The notes: a model not told the origin generated them from the letters alone. Positions 18,503 through 30,046 are shown, numbered from the stretch's first letter. The stretch: 64,000 nt of DNA from Andalucia godoyi And28 (GCA_009859145.1 VRVR01000008.1:133494-197493), one strand, 5' to 3'. Numbers and translations are program-made.

Positions 18503-21500
18503 TTTCTGCAGTCTGTCGCATCTTTGGTGGGGAGAAGTGGATTCTCGTTCCTCTTACGCATTCCTGCTGCAAGGGATCCAGGGATCCGCTTCTTCGACCA
18601 AGGAGTTCACGCAATAGACGGTCTTGCACCTGCCGATGTGCGTTTCTTTCCAGGATCTGGAGTGGCGATAGATTGTCGTGTTTTGAAAAACCGAGGTCTC
18701 TGATTCGATCCAAGCTTCGTGATCCGGTGCTCTCCTCCACTTGACCAGCCGACCGTGGCCGCTGTCGCCGTTTGTTTTCTGGAAGATGTAAATATGATCT
18801 TGCGCTTCGTACGTGGGTGTTCCTGCGAGTCTGGTGCATGCTGTTCTGCAAAATTCGTAGCATGGAGTCTTCATCTGCCTCTCCCCTCTTTTCTTCCACG
18901 TTTGAGAGAAACGCTGCAAACGATCTTTCAGCTCGCTCTTTCATCTTCTGCTTCAGATCGTCGAGTTTCCGCTTGGATCTCGAGGAGTAAACGGCCATGC
19001 GCACCAACGCACGGTTCATGGGATTTCCAGGACTCATCGTCTCCAGCTTCTGTTGAATGACTTCAAATGTTGCAGCATCTGCGAAATCGTCCAGATCGAC
19101 AGCATTATGCACAGGTTTCTCGGAAGTTGCTTTCATATCCGATGCTCTCTCTGCTTCCAATTCTTCTTTGCTGGATTGCATCAGCAGAGCTCGTCGATGC
19201 TCCTCCTCAGCGCCTGCTGACGGAGACATGTCATCCGTGACGAAGCGCACATGCCTTTCGACAACTGCGACAGTGTCGTGCTCTTGCTGAATGTATTCTC
19301 GGAGAGTCGGGAGACACCGAAACTCCAACCATTCGTCAAAATTGATGATTTGGAAGTTGCTATCGTGGCTCATGGAGCCCTCTGCTGCTCTGTATTTGTT
19401 CAAATCTCGCAGCACTTCTGGAAGAAGCTCCGTCAAAGACACGGACCATTTGTACAGGAACTTCTTCGTGGTGTCGAGCTCGTCTGTCTGGACAGAGTCA
19501 TGTTTGGTCTCAACAGGATCCATGCCGGTGCTGCCGTCAGCGGTATTTTTCCACGCAATGTCTTGGCCCATCTGGCTTGCGTACTGTGCAAGTCTCTTCT
19601 GAAGAGAGTCATTCTCAATTTCGAGAGACTGACGAGCGTCTCGAAATCTGACAACTTCCGATTCCATGAACTGAACCTTGTTCTTTTGTTCGTGCAGCGC
19701 CTCCTGCAAGAATTCCAGTTTGGAGGTCAGCTCTACGATTTCCGGCCGGACAATCTGTGCGGTGTTCTTCGAAGCAAGTTGTTCGTTCTTTGAACTTCCT
19801 GTCCAGCTCTGCAAGGTCTTTTCCGCGTCGAGACTTGCATCGGAAAAATCTTTCCACAGCGCTTCAAAGGCAGTGGTCGCGCTTTCTGCTGCAGCCGCAG
19901 ACCCAGAAGATCCAGCGCCCTTTGCGATGCTTTGCATCGCTTGGTACATCTTTCGACCCTTCGCTCGAGTACTCGTCAACAACTGCATGTAAGCGACTTT
20001 CCACTTGTCCTCGAGCTCCTTCAACTCCGCTGCATGCTGCGCTGCAGTGCCGGAAGAATTAGTCAAACTGTCGGACCCCTTCGCCTGCTCTGTGGGCTGT
20101 TGCCGCTGCACCTGCTCTGCTGTGTTTTTCTTTTCCAAAAGTTTCTTGTTTGCTTCCTTCTTCGCTGCTGAGTGGGTCTCTTTGTTCTGGCTTTCTTCTG
20201 AGGCTTCCTTTTTGGCTTTCGGTGGCGTTTCTTCATGTTTCAGTGGCGCGCTGATCGGAAGAGATACCTGAATTCCAAAATCAGCTTGTTCTTTCGGAAG
20301 GGAGGTGTGCATGAGAGCCTTCGCTTCCGTCTCCGACGCAATAGCGTTTTCCGGCTGCGATGCATATTTCCCAACAACTGTCTCTTTCGGCTGGCTGGAT
20401 GCATGATGCTGACGCGGAGCGGGTGCTATCGTTTTCGTGACGACCGTCGTCTGCAGTCCTGTTTGGAGGCCTGAAATGTCCGTCTGCGAGGCAGTACCAC
20501 CGAAGATCTCATCATCTGCATCCCTCTTGGTTCCTCGATTGATCATGAGAATTCTGGAATACGTCCCGACATCCCTAGTTTCCTTGCGCATGCCAGATAT
20601 GTAATTCTCTAGATCTGAAATTTTGCTGACAAGCATCTCTTGAGCATTGTTTTGATCTTCCACAACCTTTCGCAGCGTCCCAACTTCCTTTTCTGTTCGT
20701 TTCAGTTCTTCGTCCAAATCCTCTGCATTTTTAATTGCAATTCCCCACTGGCAACGATATTTCTCAACATCCATCTCGAGAACGCGTCTCACTCGAAACA
20801 AGTCGTCGATCTTCTGGGCTTTGTCTTTGGAGTCGGAACGTAGCACCTGAATGAGAGTCCTCTGGTTCTGGAGCATGTGTCCTCGCCAGCGGTACACAGC
20901 GTTAAACTGAGTTCGGGATTCCTGATTCGAAGCGCCCAGCCTCTCAAGTTCCAAGATTCTTGCTTCCTTTCCTGCAATTACCTGCCGAAACTGGGACATC
21001 TGTTTGCTTGTCTGGTCTTTGGCGAATGCGGCTTGTTGCTTGGTCTTGATCTGCATGTCCACGATCTGCTCTGCTTGCTTTCGAAACTCTGTCATCTGCC
21101 GGTCTAGTCGAAAATCCAAATCTTTGATTCCTTGCTGCAGCCTCGCCTTTTCTTCTTCCAGTTGCAATACTGTGGTTCGTGCGCTGTTCAGATGTTCCGT
21201 CAGGGTGAGAAACATGCTCTGCGATGATTTGGAATTTGAAAATTCCACTAGTGCTCCTTGCATTTTGTGCATCACTTCGGACATCTTGGTAATGATGAAT
21301 TGAATTTTGGACGTGTCCAGGTGAGAGGACGCTACAAGTCGATCTCCGATGGTTTGCGAGACGGTCTCTTCTTCCCAGAAGCTCTCCGCCTTGCTTGCCA
21401 TCCACATGTCCACATCCCTCAGCTCTATGAATTCCTTTGCTGCTGCAAGTCCATTGAAATTCATGAGTTGCTCCGTCTTTGCCTTGATTCTCTCTGCCGC

Positions 21501-21899
21501 CTTTCTTCTTTCAGGAAGAGCCATTTCCTCCGCTGGCAGGGATTCTCCTGCTGCCAGATCTGGTAGCACGGCTGTTGCAACTGATTCCTGCCGATGCTCA
21601 AGCTGATGTTCGTCCTTTGAAAAAACGTCGATGATATTATTGACTTCGGACATCTTTCGCATCGACGCAAACCGACTCTGCAATGCACTGACTTGATCCG
21701 CAAGAAAGTCGACGTCCAATCGCACCTTTCTTTTGCGATCCACCATCATCCTTTCGTATTCCGACAAAGGAGGCGTTGCGATCACTGGCGAATGTTTGGC
21801 TCGGGAAGCACTAGCATCGTTCTTAGAATGATTTGGAGAAAAGATTCGTGGAAAAAACTTCAAGTCACCATCGACTTTTGGAGATGCCGATGTGGACAT
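18480..21899 (-). CDS. Large coiled-coil protein of unknown function (1139 aa)
   Basis: Uninterrupted 3.4-kb ORF with heptad-rich segments; no motif recognised. 3' end overlaps the GBF1 3' end by 23 nt. Confidence 0.8.
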   Translation of the reverse strand: MSTSASPKVDGDLKFFPRIFSPNHSKNDASASRAKHSPVIATPPLSEYERMMVDRKRKVRLDVDFLADQVSALQSRFASMRKMSEVNNIIDVFSKDEHQLEHRQESVATAVLPDLAAGESLPAEEMALPERRKAAERIKAKTEQLMNFNGLAAAKEFIELRDVDMWMASKAESFWEEETVSQTIGDRLVASSHLDTSKIQFIITKMSEVMHKMQGALVEFSNSKSSQSMFLTLTEHLNSARTTVLQLEEEKARLQQGIKDLDFRLDRQMTEFRKQAEQIVDMQIKTKQQAAFAKDQTSKQMSQFRQVIAGKEARILELERLGASNQESRTQFNAVYRWRGHMLQNQRTLIQVLRSDSKDKAQKIDDLFRVRRVLEMDVEKYRCQWGIAIKNAEDLDEELKRTEKEVGTLRKVVEDQNNAQEMLVSKISDLENYISGMRKETRDVGTYSRILMINRGTKRDADDEIFGGTASQTDISGLQTGLQTTVVTKTIAPAPRQHHASSQPKETVVGKYASQPENAIASETEAKALMHTSLPKEQADFGIQVSLPISAPLKHEETPPKAKKEASEESQNKETHSAAKKEANKKLLEKKNTAEQVQRQQPTEQAKGSDSLTNSSGTAAQHAAELKELEDKWKVAYMQLLTSTRAKGRKMYQAMQSIAKGAGSSGSAAAAESATTAFEALWKDFSDASLDAEKTLQSWTGSSKNEQLASKNTAQIVRPEIVELTSKLEFLQEALHEQKNKVQFMESEVVRFRDARQSLEIENDSLQKRLAQYASQMGQDIAWKNTADGSTGMDPVETKHDSVQTDELDTTKKFLYKWSVSLTELLPEVLRDLNKYRAAEGSMSHDSNFQIINFDEWLEFRCLPTLREYIQQEHDTVAVVERHVRFVTDDMSPSAGAEEEHRRALLMQSSKEELEAERASDMKATSEKPVHNAVDLDDFADAATFEVIQQKLETMSPGNPMNRALVRMAVYSSRSKRKLDDLKQKMKERAERSFAAFLSNVEEKRGEADEDSMLRILQNSMHQTRRNTHVRSARSYLHLPENKRRQRPRSAGQVEESTGSRSLDRIRDLGFSKHDNLSPLQILERNAHRQVQDRLLRELLGRRSGSLDPLQQECVRGTRIHFSPPKMRQTAETSLTQTR

Positions 21900-22581
21900 T
21901 TCTGCCGACGAGCCAACCCTCTACTTAAAAGCAAGAGAGCGCGGGCGACGGTCGAGTGCTGCTGCAAACAAACGAATATCCAAATCAGTCCAAATTTCTG
22001 GGTTCTTCCTTCTGCAGTCTATGTAGTCTGTTATACGCTATTTTTCATTTGGATGTCCAACACATTCGTGCGTAACGTGCTGAATGTTTGTTCTCTTTTT
22101 GTATTTGTATTTGTATTTGTATTTGTATTTTGTTTTTAACGCTCAGAAAAAACGAGCTGGAGAGAAAATATAGGTAATAAGGTAGCACCACTCGTTGATT
22201 TCAAACGTCCGTAGTGATGGGCTTTTGTTGTTGTTGTGCCGACTTGAATTCGAAGCACGATCTCCCAATGTTGCATTTTGTTACCTATTTTTCATTTTTC
22301 ATTTTTCATTTTTCATTTTTGTGATTTGGTGGTGCTTGTCATTTTGGTATGATGATGAGATAGAGCATTTGCGATCCACGGAGAAGCGATAAGCGTTATT
22401 GAGATAGACACCACACAAAGAAAGTGGTGCCCTTTTCTTCTTCTTCTTCTTCCTCCTCTTCTTCTTTTAATTCTCTTTCTTTCCCCATCCTTTCTTTGTT
22501 GGGAGGAGGTGGGCTTTTTGGGGGGAGTGGAAGAAGGATCGAACAGACACACCCAGAAGGGGGCTTCAGACCTGCGGTTTC

Positions 22582-24495
22582 ATGTTTGGGAAACGATGGC
22601 ATTGGTTGCTTCTGACTGGTTTGGTCATTCCAGTGTGGATGATATATCTGGTGCTATTTAACCGTGATCATTTCATTCCATCTCAACCGAGAGATGCTCT
22701 GTGTGGTCGGGTGGACGATCTGTTTCTGGCCCTTCATATATCCGACATCCATTTGTCGTGGACTGCCCCTCAGCGAAAACATGATCTCGTCGAGGTGTTT
22801 GAGCGAGTGCAACGGAATATGCCGTATCTCAAGGTTGCCGTGATCACCGGCGATCTTACAGATAGCTTGCATTCCTTTGGGTCGTCGTATCAGCTTGTCG
22901 AAGACTGGAAATCATATGAAAATGCAGTCTCCAAGTGGCAGGGAGATCTCATGGATACGTGTGGAAATCATGACCTATTCTCCACGCACGATCTGGAAAA
23001 CAGCGACGAGTTTCTGTACTTGCGGTACTCTTCTTCAAAATCTGTAGAGTCTGGAGTCATTTCTTTCGCGAGCCCAGCTGGTCGACCGATCGAATTTGTC
23101 AGAATTCCTGCTGTTTCTGGCAAGAAACGGGGGGCTTTCCGTCACATGAACTTCTTTGGATCTGTTTCTGACGACGACTATGCTCATTTAGATCACGCTC
23201 TGTCTGTCAGGGACCAGAATCATTTGTATCCACCGGTTCGGATTGCGTTTTCACACTTTCCGATGTCTTCGATTCACTCCAGCGGTTCGCTGTCGGATCT
23301 TCTTGCTAGCCACAACGTGTCTGCGTTCCTCTGCGGCCACTTGCATCGTCTCCCGACCACCCGTGGTTACGCAAGACACAGCCAAGGACTTCTGGAGCTT
23401 GAAACGTCCGACTTCAAGAACGATCATCGAGTTCGGTTTCTTGCTGTCTTCCGTGGCATGCTCAGTATTCGAGAGAAGCAGTCCAATTCTCTTTTCCCGG
23501 TAATTATACCGCTTTCGCCTAAAGAAGCATCGTTGCTCTCCGCTTTCGAACCATTTGCATTCTCACAGTCTTCAAACAAGATCTACTGTCTTGTAGTGCC
23601 CGAGAATTCGTCTGCAATCAGAACAGTCCGAGCAAAGTTCAAGGGGAATTCTGAGAATGAGATCCTGCTGCGACCGCTGAACGATGAGTTGCATTTGGAC
23701 GATTATGTCCAAGTTGTTTCGGAGAACCCTGCTCTCGTTCACATGTGGACTGGCGTGGTAGAATTACCGTTCGGGTTGCACGAGATGACTCTTTTTGCTG
23801 ACGACGAACTGGGTAGACGCGATAGAGTCGAGTTCGCATTTTACATTCCTTCGCAGGAAACACAGTATGGCGCGCTCGTGCCTCCATTGTACATGATTCC
23901 AAGGTTGCTCTTCGTCCACGTTCTTCATCTTGATCTCATCATGAAGGCGTTCTTTTTTGGGTCTCACAGTTTCGTCGTGTTGGTGTTACTTTTCCTGAAG
24001 CCGTTTTACCGTCCTATCAAACACTGGAATCGACGAGTGTATAATTTTCTCATTTTCACGATGGTCCAGTCGTTAGCGGGTCCGTGGTTTATCGGCCATC
24101 TTTCGGGCACCACCAAAGCTTTTGCCATTGCCACTCCGCTTGGCATGTATTGGTCAGACATTGGACACGTGCCCATATCCGATCCGTATGTTGCAATGTT
24201 ATTCCGTACGATGCTGGCGTACATTCCCATGGTCGCCATTATTTTCGCACTTTCCAAGAATCGTCGCGGTGTTGTCCTGTTCATGTCGTCAGTTCTCTTC
24301 AGCGGATGGGAGGTCCTCCGGCTCATCGGCAACATCATGACTGTTGGCGTCATTTCGTGCATTTTATCTCCAGCCCTATTGCTTCCCTCCGTTTTTCTTC
24401 TTGGAATCATCCCGTATGAGTGGTATCGAACTCTCGTCACTTCTCGTCCAAAGTGGGTCTTTGCCCCTCGAAGAATCTCGGGCTCGAGCGGCTGA
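22582..24495 (+). CDS. TMEM62: TMEM62-like metallophosphoesterase membrane protein
   Basis: N-terminal anchor; HISDIH, ITGDLTD, GNHD, CGHLH, LELETSDFK..R motifs; multiple C-terminal TM helices. Confidence 0.8.
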   Translation: MFGKRWHWLLLTGLVIPVWMIYLVLFNRDHFIPSQPRDALCGRVDDLFLALHISDIHLSWTAPQRKHDLVEVFERVQRNMPYLKVAVITGDLTDSLHSFGSSYQLVEDWKSYENAVSKWQGDLMDTCGNHDLFSTHDLENSDEFLYLRYSSSKSVESGVISFASPAGRPIEFVRIPAVSGKKRGAFRHMNFFGSVSDDDYAHLDHALSVRDQNHLYPPVRIAFSHFPMSSIHSSGSLSDLLASHNVSAFLCGHLHRLPTTRGYARHSQGLLELETSDFKNDHRVRFLAVFRGMLSIREKQSNSLFPVIIPLSPKEASLLSAFEPFAFSQSSNKIYCLVVPENSSAIRTVRAKFKGNSENEILLRPLNDELHLDDYVQVVSENPALVHMWTGVVELPFGLHEMTLFADDELGRRDRVEFAFYIPSQETQYGALVPPLYMIPRLLFVHVLHLDLIMKAFFFGSHSFVVLVLLFLKPFYRPIKHWNRRVYNFLIFTMVQSLAGPWFIGHLSGTTKAFAIATPLGMYWSDIGHVPISDPYVAMLFRTMLAYIPMVAIIFALSKNRRGVVLFMSSVLFSGWEVLRLIGNIMTVGVISCILSPALLLPSVFLLGIIPYEWYRTLVTSRPKWVFAPRRISGSSG

Positions 24496-25232
24496 TTTTA
24501 ATCTTTTTTTTCCCCTTTCTTTAGTCGACATCTGCTGTACAAAACGGCTTTCCCTTCACTTTTTGGTTAGGGCACGCCCATGTAAATCAATGCAGGGATT
24601 CCCAGGAACGGGAGGCGTGAAATGCCCGGCAGAAACCAGACATTTTCAATCGTTCATGAGTGCCTCACGAGAGGACTCCAGCTCGCTTGCACTGGGAATA
24701 CCGCGTGGATTCCGACACAAGAACCGCGGTCGGACATCGTGCAGATCGGGATGGCGCAGCCGCTCTCGGAGCGCAGTTTTCACCACCTGCACCATCGGAT
24801 TCCGAAAATGTGCAAGTATGAAACCGACGAAACAGACAAACCGACAACGTGTGGCGAAGTGTGAGGAGGATGTGGTGCCAAATAAACACGGTGAAACATC
24901 AAAAATACGAACGCAGCAGTGTTTTATTCAATATTTTATTTGACACAACGAAGTCCAAGGTGAAACGGGAGAAACGGAAAAGGGAAAAAGGAAACGAGAG
25001 AAACGGAAAGAAGACCGATTTGAGGAATTGCTGGAATTTCTGAATTGAAATTTTATGGAAAGCGCCCTTATAGTAAAAAAAAGCCCCAACGCGTGCTTGA
25101 GTCAGAAAACTTGCACCCTTTTCTCTTTAATGGTTGGGAGTGCGTGTTTCGAAAGGCTTTTTCTTGGTGGTTTCCGCACATCATATTTAGATTGGTGTTG
25201 TGGTTTAGACTAAGGGAGGGGAATTTTTGCGA

Positions 25233-27311
25233 ATGGACAAGGCTGGTACACATCCCGCCACGGTTCCCAGCGATCCGTTCACATTCCTGACAGCGACTGA
25301 CTTCGACCCTGACCAATATCTGCGGAATTCGATTTCGACCGGTGCGCATCAGATTGCTTTCGATCTGAAGAATGTCCAGTCGGCATTGCAGACTGTGAAA
25401 TCCAATCTGAAATCAAAAGTCTCGTCCTCTCACGAATCTCTTCTTGCACAAATTGACTCCCTGCATGATGCTGAAGTGGTTGTGAGCGCGGTTGATCACG
25501 GAGTTCAGGATCTGGTTGCAACGTCAGACCGTATTTCTTCGGCATTGGAGTCTCCATATGAGCAGTATGTATCCAAGTTTACGGCTCTTCAGAATGTGCA
25601 CAAAGTGTCAAATTTACTTCGATGGTCACAACGCTATCTTGCGCTCTCGCAACGGCTGTCTCAGTTGGACTGGAAGAGTGAAAGCGCTGAGCTGGACTTG
25701 GCGAATGCTGCCAAAGTGGTGCTGGATATGGAGCAGGTGCTCGATGAAGGCCAGTTGGGTGGTGTGAGGGTCATTAATGATCACGTCGTCATCATGGTAA
25801 GTGCTCGAAAAAAGATTCTGGCGCGAGCAGACGAACTGCTGGAGCAAGGACTTTCGGGCCCGTCCGTATCGCAGACAGCATCCGCTCTCCAAGTGCACTT
25901 TAACTTTGGGTCTCTGGCGCGAGTAGTTCGAGACAAGTTTGTTGCAATGAGGTCAGACATTCAACGTCAATTGTCGGAAAACGAAGACATTGCAGCGACT
26001 GTCGAAGGACCGGTTGCGCTGCGTCTTCGCAGATGTCGTGTGCTGGATCACGTGTTGGTTCACAAGCGAGATTCGGCTTCGAGATTGCTGTTCTGGGACG
26101 TCGTTTCGAGAGACGGCTTTTTTGCAAGACCACAGGGAGATGTGGAGGGTGCATCCGGTTCCGTGTTCGGTTCCGGTGGTCTGCAGGACGCCGATGCGAC
26201 TCCGTTATCGGATTCGTTGTTTAAGACTATTTGTGATGTATTGTTGACGTCTCTGTATGCAGCATCGGAACAGAGAAGACGAGATCGCGCAATGCGAGAT
26301 TTTCCACGTTTGCACGCGGCCGTTTGCAGTCTCGGTCGAACGGTTCCTGCCGAGATTTTGAAGCCATTGGAAGATGCTTACTTTGAGACTGTTCTCCAAC
26401 GGCTTCCGCAATCAGATTCCTATGCAAGGGAGCTGTCTGCCGTGTCCCACTCGCAACACCTGATGAACCGAGTAGCGCAGGCGATTCATTCCGTAATTGC
26501 CGATCGCCTCGTTCGCTCCATTCCACTGACGTCGCTCACGCAAAATGTCAGTATCGATGATCCGAAATCGGTAATGGCTCTTGCAAAACCACTTTCTGAC
26601 ATTCGGATGGCCACAGAGCGTTTGCTCGACGCTGCCCGTTCGTTCCCAGCAGTTTCGGAGGTTCTCCGGGATGTTGAGCCTCTTCGAGATGCAGAAAGGC
26701 AATTACTGCGTCCGCTGGTGATGTCTGCCTATCGAGCGATGGTCCAGACGATCCCGTTCGTCTCTCGCATCGAGCAGCGTGCTGCTGCAATCGCCATGGC
26801 GCTTGATCCAATCATGCGCATCCGAAACACATTGTATGCGGATCTCATGCGAGAGGTTGTTGCAAGGCTTCTGGTTCGGTATATGCGGCATCTATCAGTG
26901 CGATTCAAAAGAGGCGATGCTTCTCCAGAGGCCGTTGCAATCGCAGGCGAAATTCCGAGAACACAACTCGCATTCAGTATGTTGTACTCAACGGAGCGCA
27001 TCGATTCGGAACTCCGTGCGTTCCGCGTGTTGTTGTTTGCGCAAGCATCTTCCGTTTCTGCTGTCTCCGGAGTCCGCAAATCCCTGGTCATGCAACTCGA
27101 CCACAAGAAAGAAAGCAAGTTGACAGAACAGCAGGAGCGCCAGTGGGTGGAGTGGTGCGATGAACATCAGGAAGATGAAATCTGCTTGCGCATCCCTGAA
27201 GAATTCCCTGTTCTCATCGTTCCAACAGATTCTCCGTCCCGGTCCACGACGGAACACATCCAAGTTTCCGCATCTTCCACAACAGGGCATTCGCCTCTAC
27301 GACCCGAATAG
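25233..27311 (+). CDS. COG5: Conserved oligomeric Golgi complex subunit 5
   Basis: N-terminal FL..DFDP..Y, coiled coil with HE.LL.Q, L..LH....LLR...R..L, and S....ALQV.FN.G.L as in COG5. Confidence 0.7.
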   Translation: MDKAGTHPATVPSDPFTFLTATDFDPDQYLRNSISTGAHQIAFDLKNVQSALQTVKSNLKSKVSSSHESLLAQIDSLHDAEVVVSAVDHGVQDLVATSDRISSALESPYEQYVSKFTALQNVHKVSNLLRWSQRYLALSQRLSQLDWKSESAELDLANAAKVVLDMEQVLDEGQLGGVRVINDHVVIMVSARKKILARADELLEQGLSGPSVSQTASALQVHFNFGSLARVVRDKFVAMRSDIQRQLSENEDIAATVEGPVALRLRRCRVLDHVLVHKRDSASRLLFWDVVSRDGFFARPQGDVEGASGSVFGSGGLQDADATPLSDSLFKTICDVLLTSLYAASEQRRRDRAMRDFPRLHAAVCSLGRTVPAEILKPLEDAYFETVLQRLPQSDSYARELSAVSHSQHLMNRVAQAIHSVIADRLVRSIPLTSLTQNVSIDDPKSVMALAKPLSDIRMATERLLDAARSFPAVSEVLRDVEPLRDAERQLLRPLVMSAYRAMVQTIPFVSRIEQRAAAIAMALDPIMRIRNTLYADLMREVVARLLVRYMRHLSVRFKRGDASPEAVAIAGEIPRTQLAFSMLYSTERIDSELRAFRVLLFAQASSVSAVSGVRKSLVMQLDHKKESKLTEQQERQWVEWCDEHQEDEICLRIPEEFPVLIVPTDSPSRSTTEHIQVSASSTTGHSPLRPE

Positions 27312-28373
27312 CAACCATCCTTTACATTACACTATAAATCCCTGCAAAACCCTCCAGTTGAGTGGGCGTTTCCACTGGCGCCTCTTGACGAACCCGAACC
27401 CGAACCCGGTCATTGAACGCCAAAGCCCAGTAGCAGCGGGTGAAGATGAAGACGAAGACAAAGAAGAAGACTTGTTTTACAGTGCATAAATCATTGGTGC
27501 AATCACCAGAATAGCAAGGAGAAAATGAAGATGATAACATCGGTGTTTCCATTCTAAAAGCAAGAGACCATAGTCCCAGTGCGTAGGTCCCATAACCCTC
27601 CCTCTTCCACATATACATATTTTAAAATAAAATTAAAAAAAATAAAACAAAAAACAACAAACACAAGCGAACGGATCCGAAGAGATTTCCAGATTGCATC
27701 CATTTGCAAGGATCGAAACGAGGGACATTAATTCTTGTTTTTGTTTTTGTATTTTGTTTTGTGAAAATACAAAAACAAGACGCAAGAAGAGAGGAGAGAG
27801 AAGAGAGAAGAGCGAAGAGAGAAGGAGGGACGGACGCACAAACGAAGATGATTACTCATTGAAGCTATCTCCACCGGAATGCTTGGGGGCCTGTTGCTGG
27901 CGTCTGCCCGAGTCTTCGTACTTGCGATCATTGGAGCTCGACAAGGATCCAGAAAGGAACTGCTGGAAAAGGTAGGATTTGACGTCGTAGATCATCTTGG
28001 CCTCGGAACAGAAAAACAATGCAAATCTGTAGAAATTAATATGAATAAAAGTAAACTGAAGTATAAAAAACGATACTGCAACAAAAAACAGAAATGAAAG
28101 GCAGCAACGAAATGAAAGGAGTAGGAAACGATCGATAATAATCGCGGAAAGAGCGAGAGTCCTCTTTGCTGTTCTCCAGAACGAAAGGGAAAAACCCACC
28201 ACTCCACGAATGGTCGACAGCTGTCGCACTTCCGTTCTTTATTTCGTCACTTGTACAAGAATTGATTTAACGTATGTATGTATTGTATTAGTGTTATTGC
28301 TTTCGAGACAGAAGCGGGAGAAGGGCGAGAAAAAAAAAATAGAGGGCTGATGTTGAGAGATCGTTCGTGATTC

Positions 28374-29474
28374 ATGTGGAAAAGCAGAGCGAAAGAGGAT
28401 GACGCATTGAGTGTTGGACTTCTCGCAGATTCAAGAAGGGCCGAAGATGAAGTGCGTGTTGTCGAGTACAAGTTTTCTGGGAAGCTGAGCATGTTCCCCC
28501 TTTCTGTCTCTTTTTTGATGATTGGCGCACTGGGATTATTGCGGTATGGTCACAAGTCATATGCAACCGGGTATTTCCAAACCAATGAATTCTACTTTGG
28601 ACTTGCCGGCCTTAGTGTTTTAATTCTGGCGCTTGTCTTGGTGATTCTGTTCGTCTTTTTTGCAGTGATCCGCATTCGATTCACGATCACTCCGTCTGAA
28701 ATTCGGGTTCGAAAGTCAGGACTGTTTCGAAAATGCGAATTGGTGTTTTCGACTGCGAACTCTGTTTTGTTTTACTATCGATCGCATTTTGTCGAGGATC
28801 GCTCGTGGCTTACATTGACAATTGCCGAGGACAATGTTTACTATCTGCTGTTGTCGTGGAAAGGAACGGGAAATCAAAGAGCTCGATTTTTTGAGTTTAT
28901 GCATCGTGTGAACGATGCTGTGCATGATTGCAAACTCTTGGTGACTCGTTCCGATGAAGCAACAACGCTGCGAAAGCGGCCTCCAAAAGAAATCATTTCC
29001 ATGCACGAAGCATCCCTGCGAACTCCGTTTGCGAATCGGCCTCCAATGAATGGATTGTTTCTCAAACCCTCAGCCATGTCGAGGTTCGAGGAACCGCTTG
29101 TGTTGACTGCGACGCGGAAAGATGCTGCAGAGTCAAGCAAGACCGTTACAAAGCGAAGCAGTGCAAATTATGGAACTGTTCGAGAAGCAAGCGGGGAATC
29201 GTTATCCTTGTCCTCATTCTCGGAGACAATGACTGTTGAGCGGTCTCTTGCTGCGGCTTCTCAGCAATCCGACTGGAACAAATCCATCTATTTTATCCTG
29301 GACCGACTGCCGCTTGTTATCAATTTTGACATGGCGCTGTCGCATTTTTCCAAAACTGCCAAGACAAAGAACAGGCCGGGTAAAGCCCTGTTAATGGACG
29401 AGGTCAATGCAAAGTACGTGCTGTTTGAGAATGTCGATGCGCAGTCGGACTGTACTCAACAGCAAGAGTCGTGA
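28374..29474 (+). CDS. Two-TM membrane protein with putative PH-like beta domain, unknown function
   Basis: 366-aa ORF; two hydrophobic helices (about aa 40-60 and 72-98) followed by beta-rich RFTITPSEIRVRKSGLF. Confidence 0.65.
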   Translation: MWKSRAKEDDALSVGLLADSRRAEDEVRVVEYKFSGKLSMFPLSVSFLMIGALGLLRYGHKSYATGYFQTNEFYFGLAGLSVLILALVLVILFVFFAVIRIRFTITPSEIRVRKSGLFRKCELVFSTANSVLFYYRSHFVEDRSWLTLTIAEDNVYYLLLSWKGTGNQRARFFEFMHRVNDAVHDCKLLVTRSDEATTLRKRPPKEIISMHEASLRTPFANRPPMNGLFLKPSAMSRFEEPLVLTATRKDAAESSKTVTKRSSANYGTVREASGESLSLSSFSETMTVERSLAAASQQSDWNKSIYFILDRLPLVINFDMALSHFSKTAKTKNRPGKALLMDEVNAKYVLFENVDAQSDCTQQQES

Positions 29475-29547
29475 CCTCGGACCATCGCTCCGTCGCAGGA
29501 TTGGAAGTAGTCAAGTAGACTCCGCATTTGGAGGAATTTAGCGTCTA

Positions 29548-29680
29548 TATTTTTCATTTTCAGGGAGCTCCTACATTATACACTGAACAAGCATATCTAC
29601 GAATAGATATGCATATTCAGTCTTGCATCCCGTTGCCGGGAAGCGGATAGGCCCCCAACACGCCTCACGGCACTCTTCAG
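29548..29680 (-). ncRNA. Candidate omegaRNA, subfamily A copy 2
   Basis: Same hairpins as copy 1. The UUCG stem is perfect here (GCATATCTA/TAGATATGC) where copy 1 has a G-U pair. Confidence 0.6.
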
Positions 29681-30046
29681 ATAGATGTTCCGCACTCCGT
29701 TCCCAATCTCGATCAATCTGCGAGCTGCACGCGGGACATGCAAAACGCTTTTTTGCTTCCGCCTAAGACGTGCATGGATCTCACCGCAGCGCCCGCACGT
29801 TTTGGACGTGTACTCCTCCGTCACGATGGCAACATGGCGCTCGCGATACTCGGTCGCCGCATGACACAAACGTTGCAAAAAGTGAAACCAACGAATGATA
29901 GAATAGACGGCTACGGATGCTGCGTTAAAGGCCGAGCGTGCGTAAGCACGGATTCCTGTGAAACAAACGTGCTGGTGTCGGCCAGTATCGACCGTGTCTG
30001 TTTATGCATACTCCCGTATGCATGACAATGACGTGTTATTATTCAA
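29568..30046 (-). mobile_element. Non-autonomous Fanzor2/TnpB-derived element, subfamily A, copy 2
   Basis: Inverted near-identical copy of 212-715; preceded by ACCG (30050-30047), ends TGTAGGAG. Lies between convergent genes. Confidence 0.85.
29597..29890 (-). pseudogene. Fanzor2/TnpB C-terminal remnant
   Basis: Track ORF ...TEEYTSKTCGRCGE...NGVRNIYLKS; shares the two frameshifts seen in copy 1. Confidence 0.85.

Noticed and set aside
27322-28229. Small multi-exon membrane-protein gene between COG5 and the 28374 ORF
   Set aside because: Several short frames look plausible, but none joins into a recognisable protein with proper splice sites.
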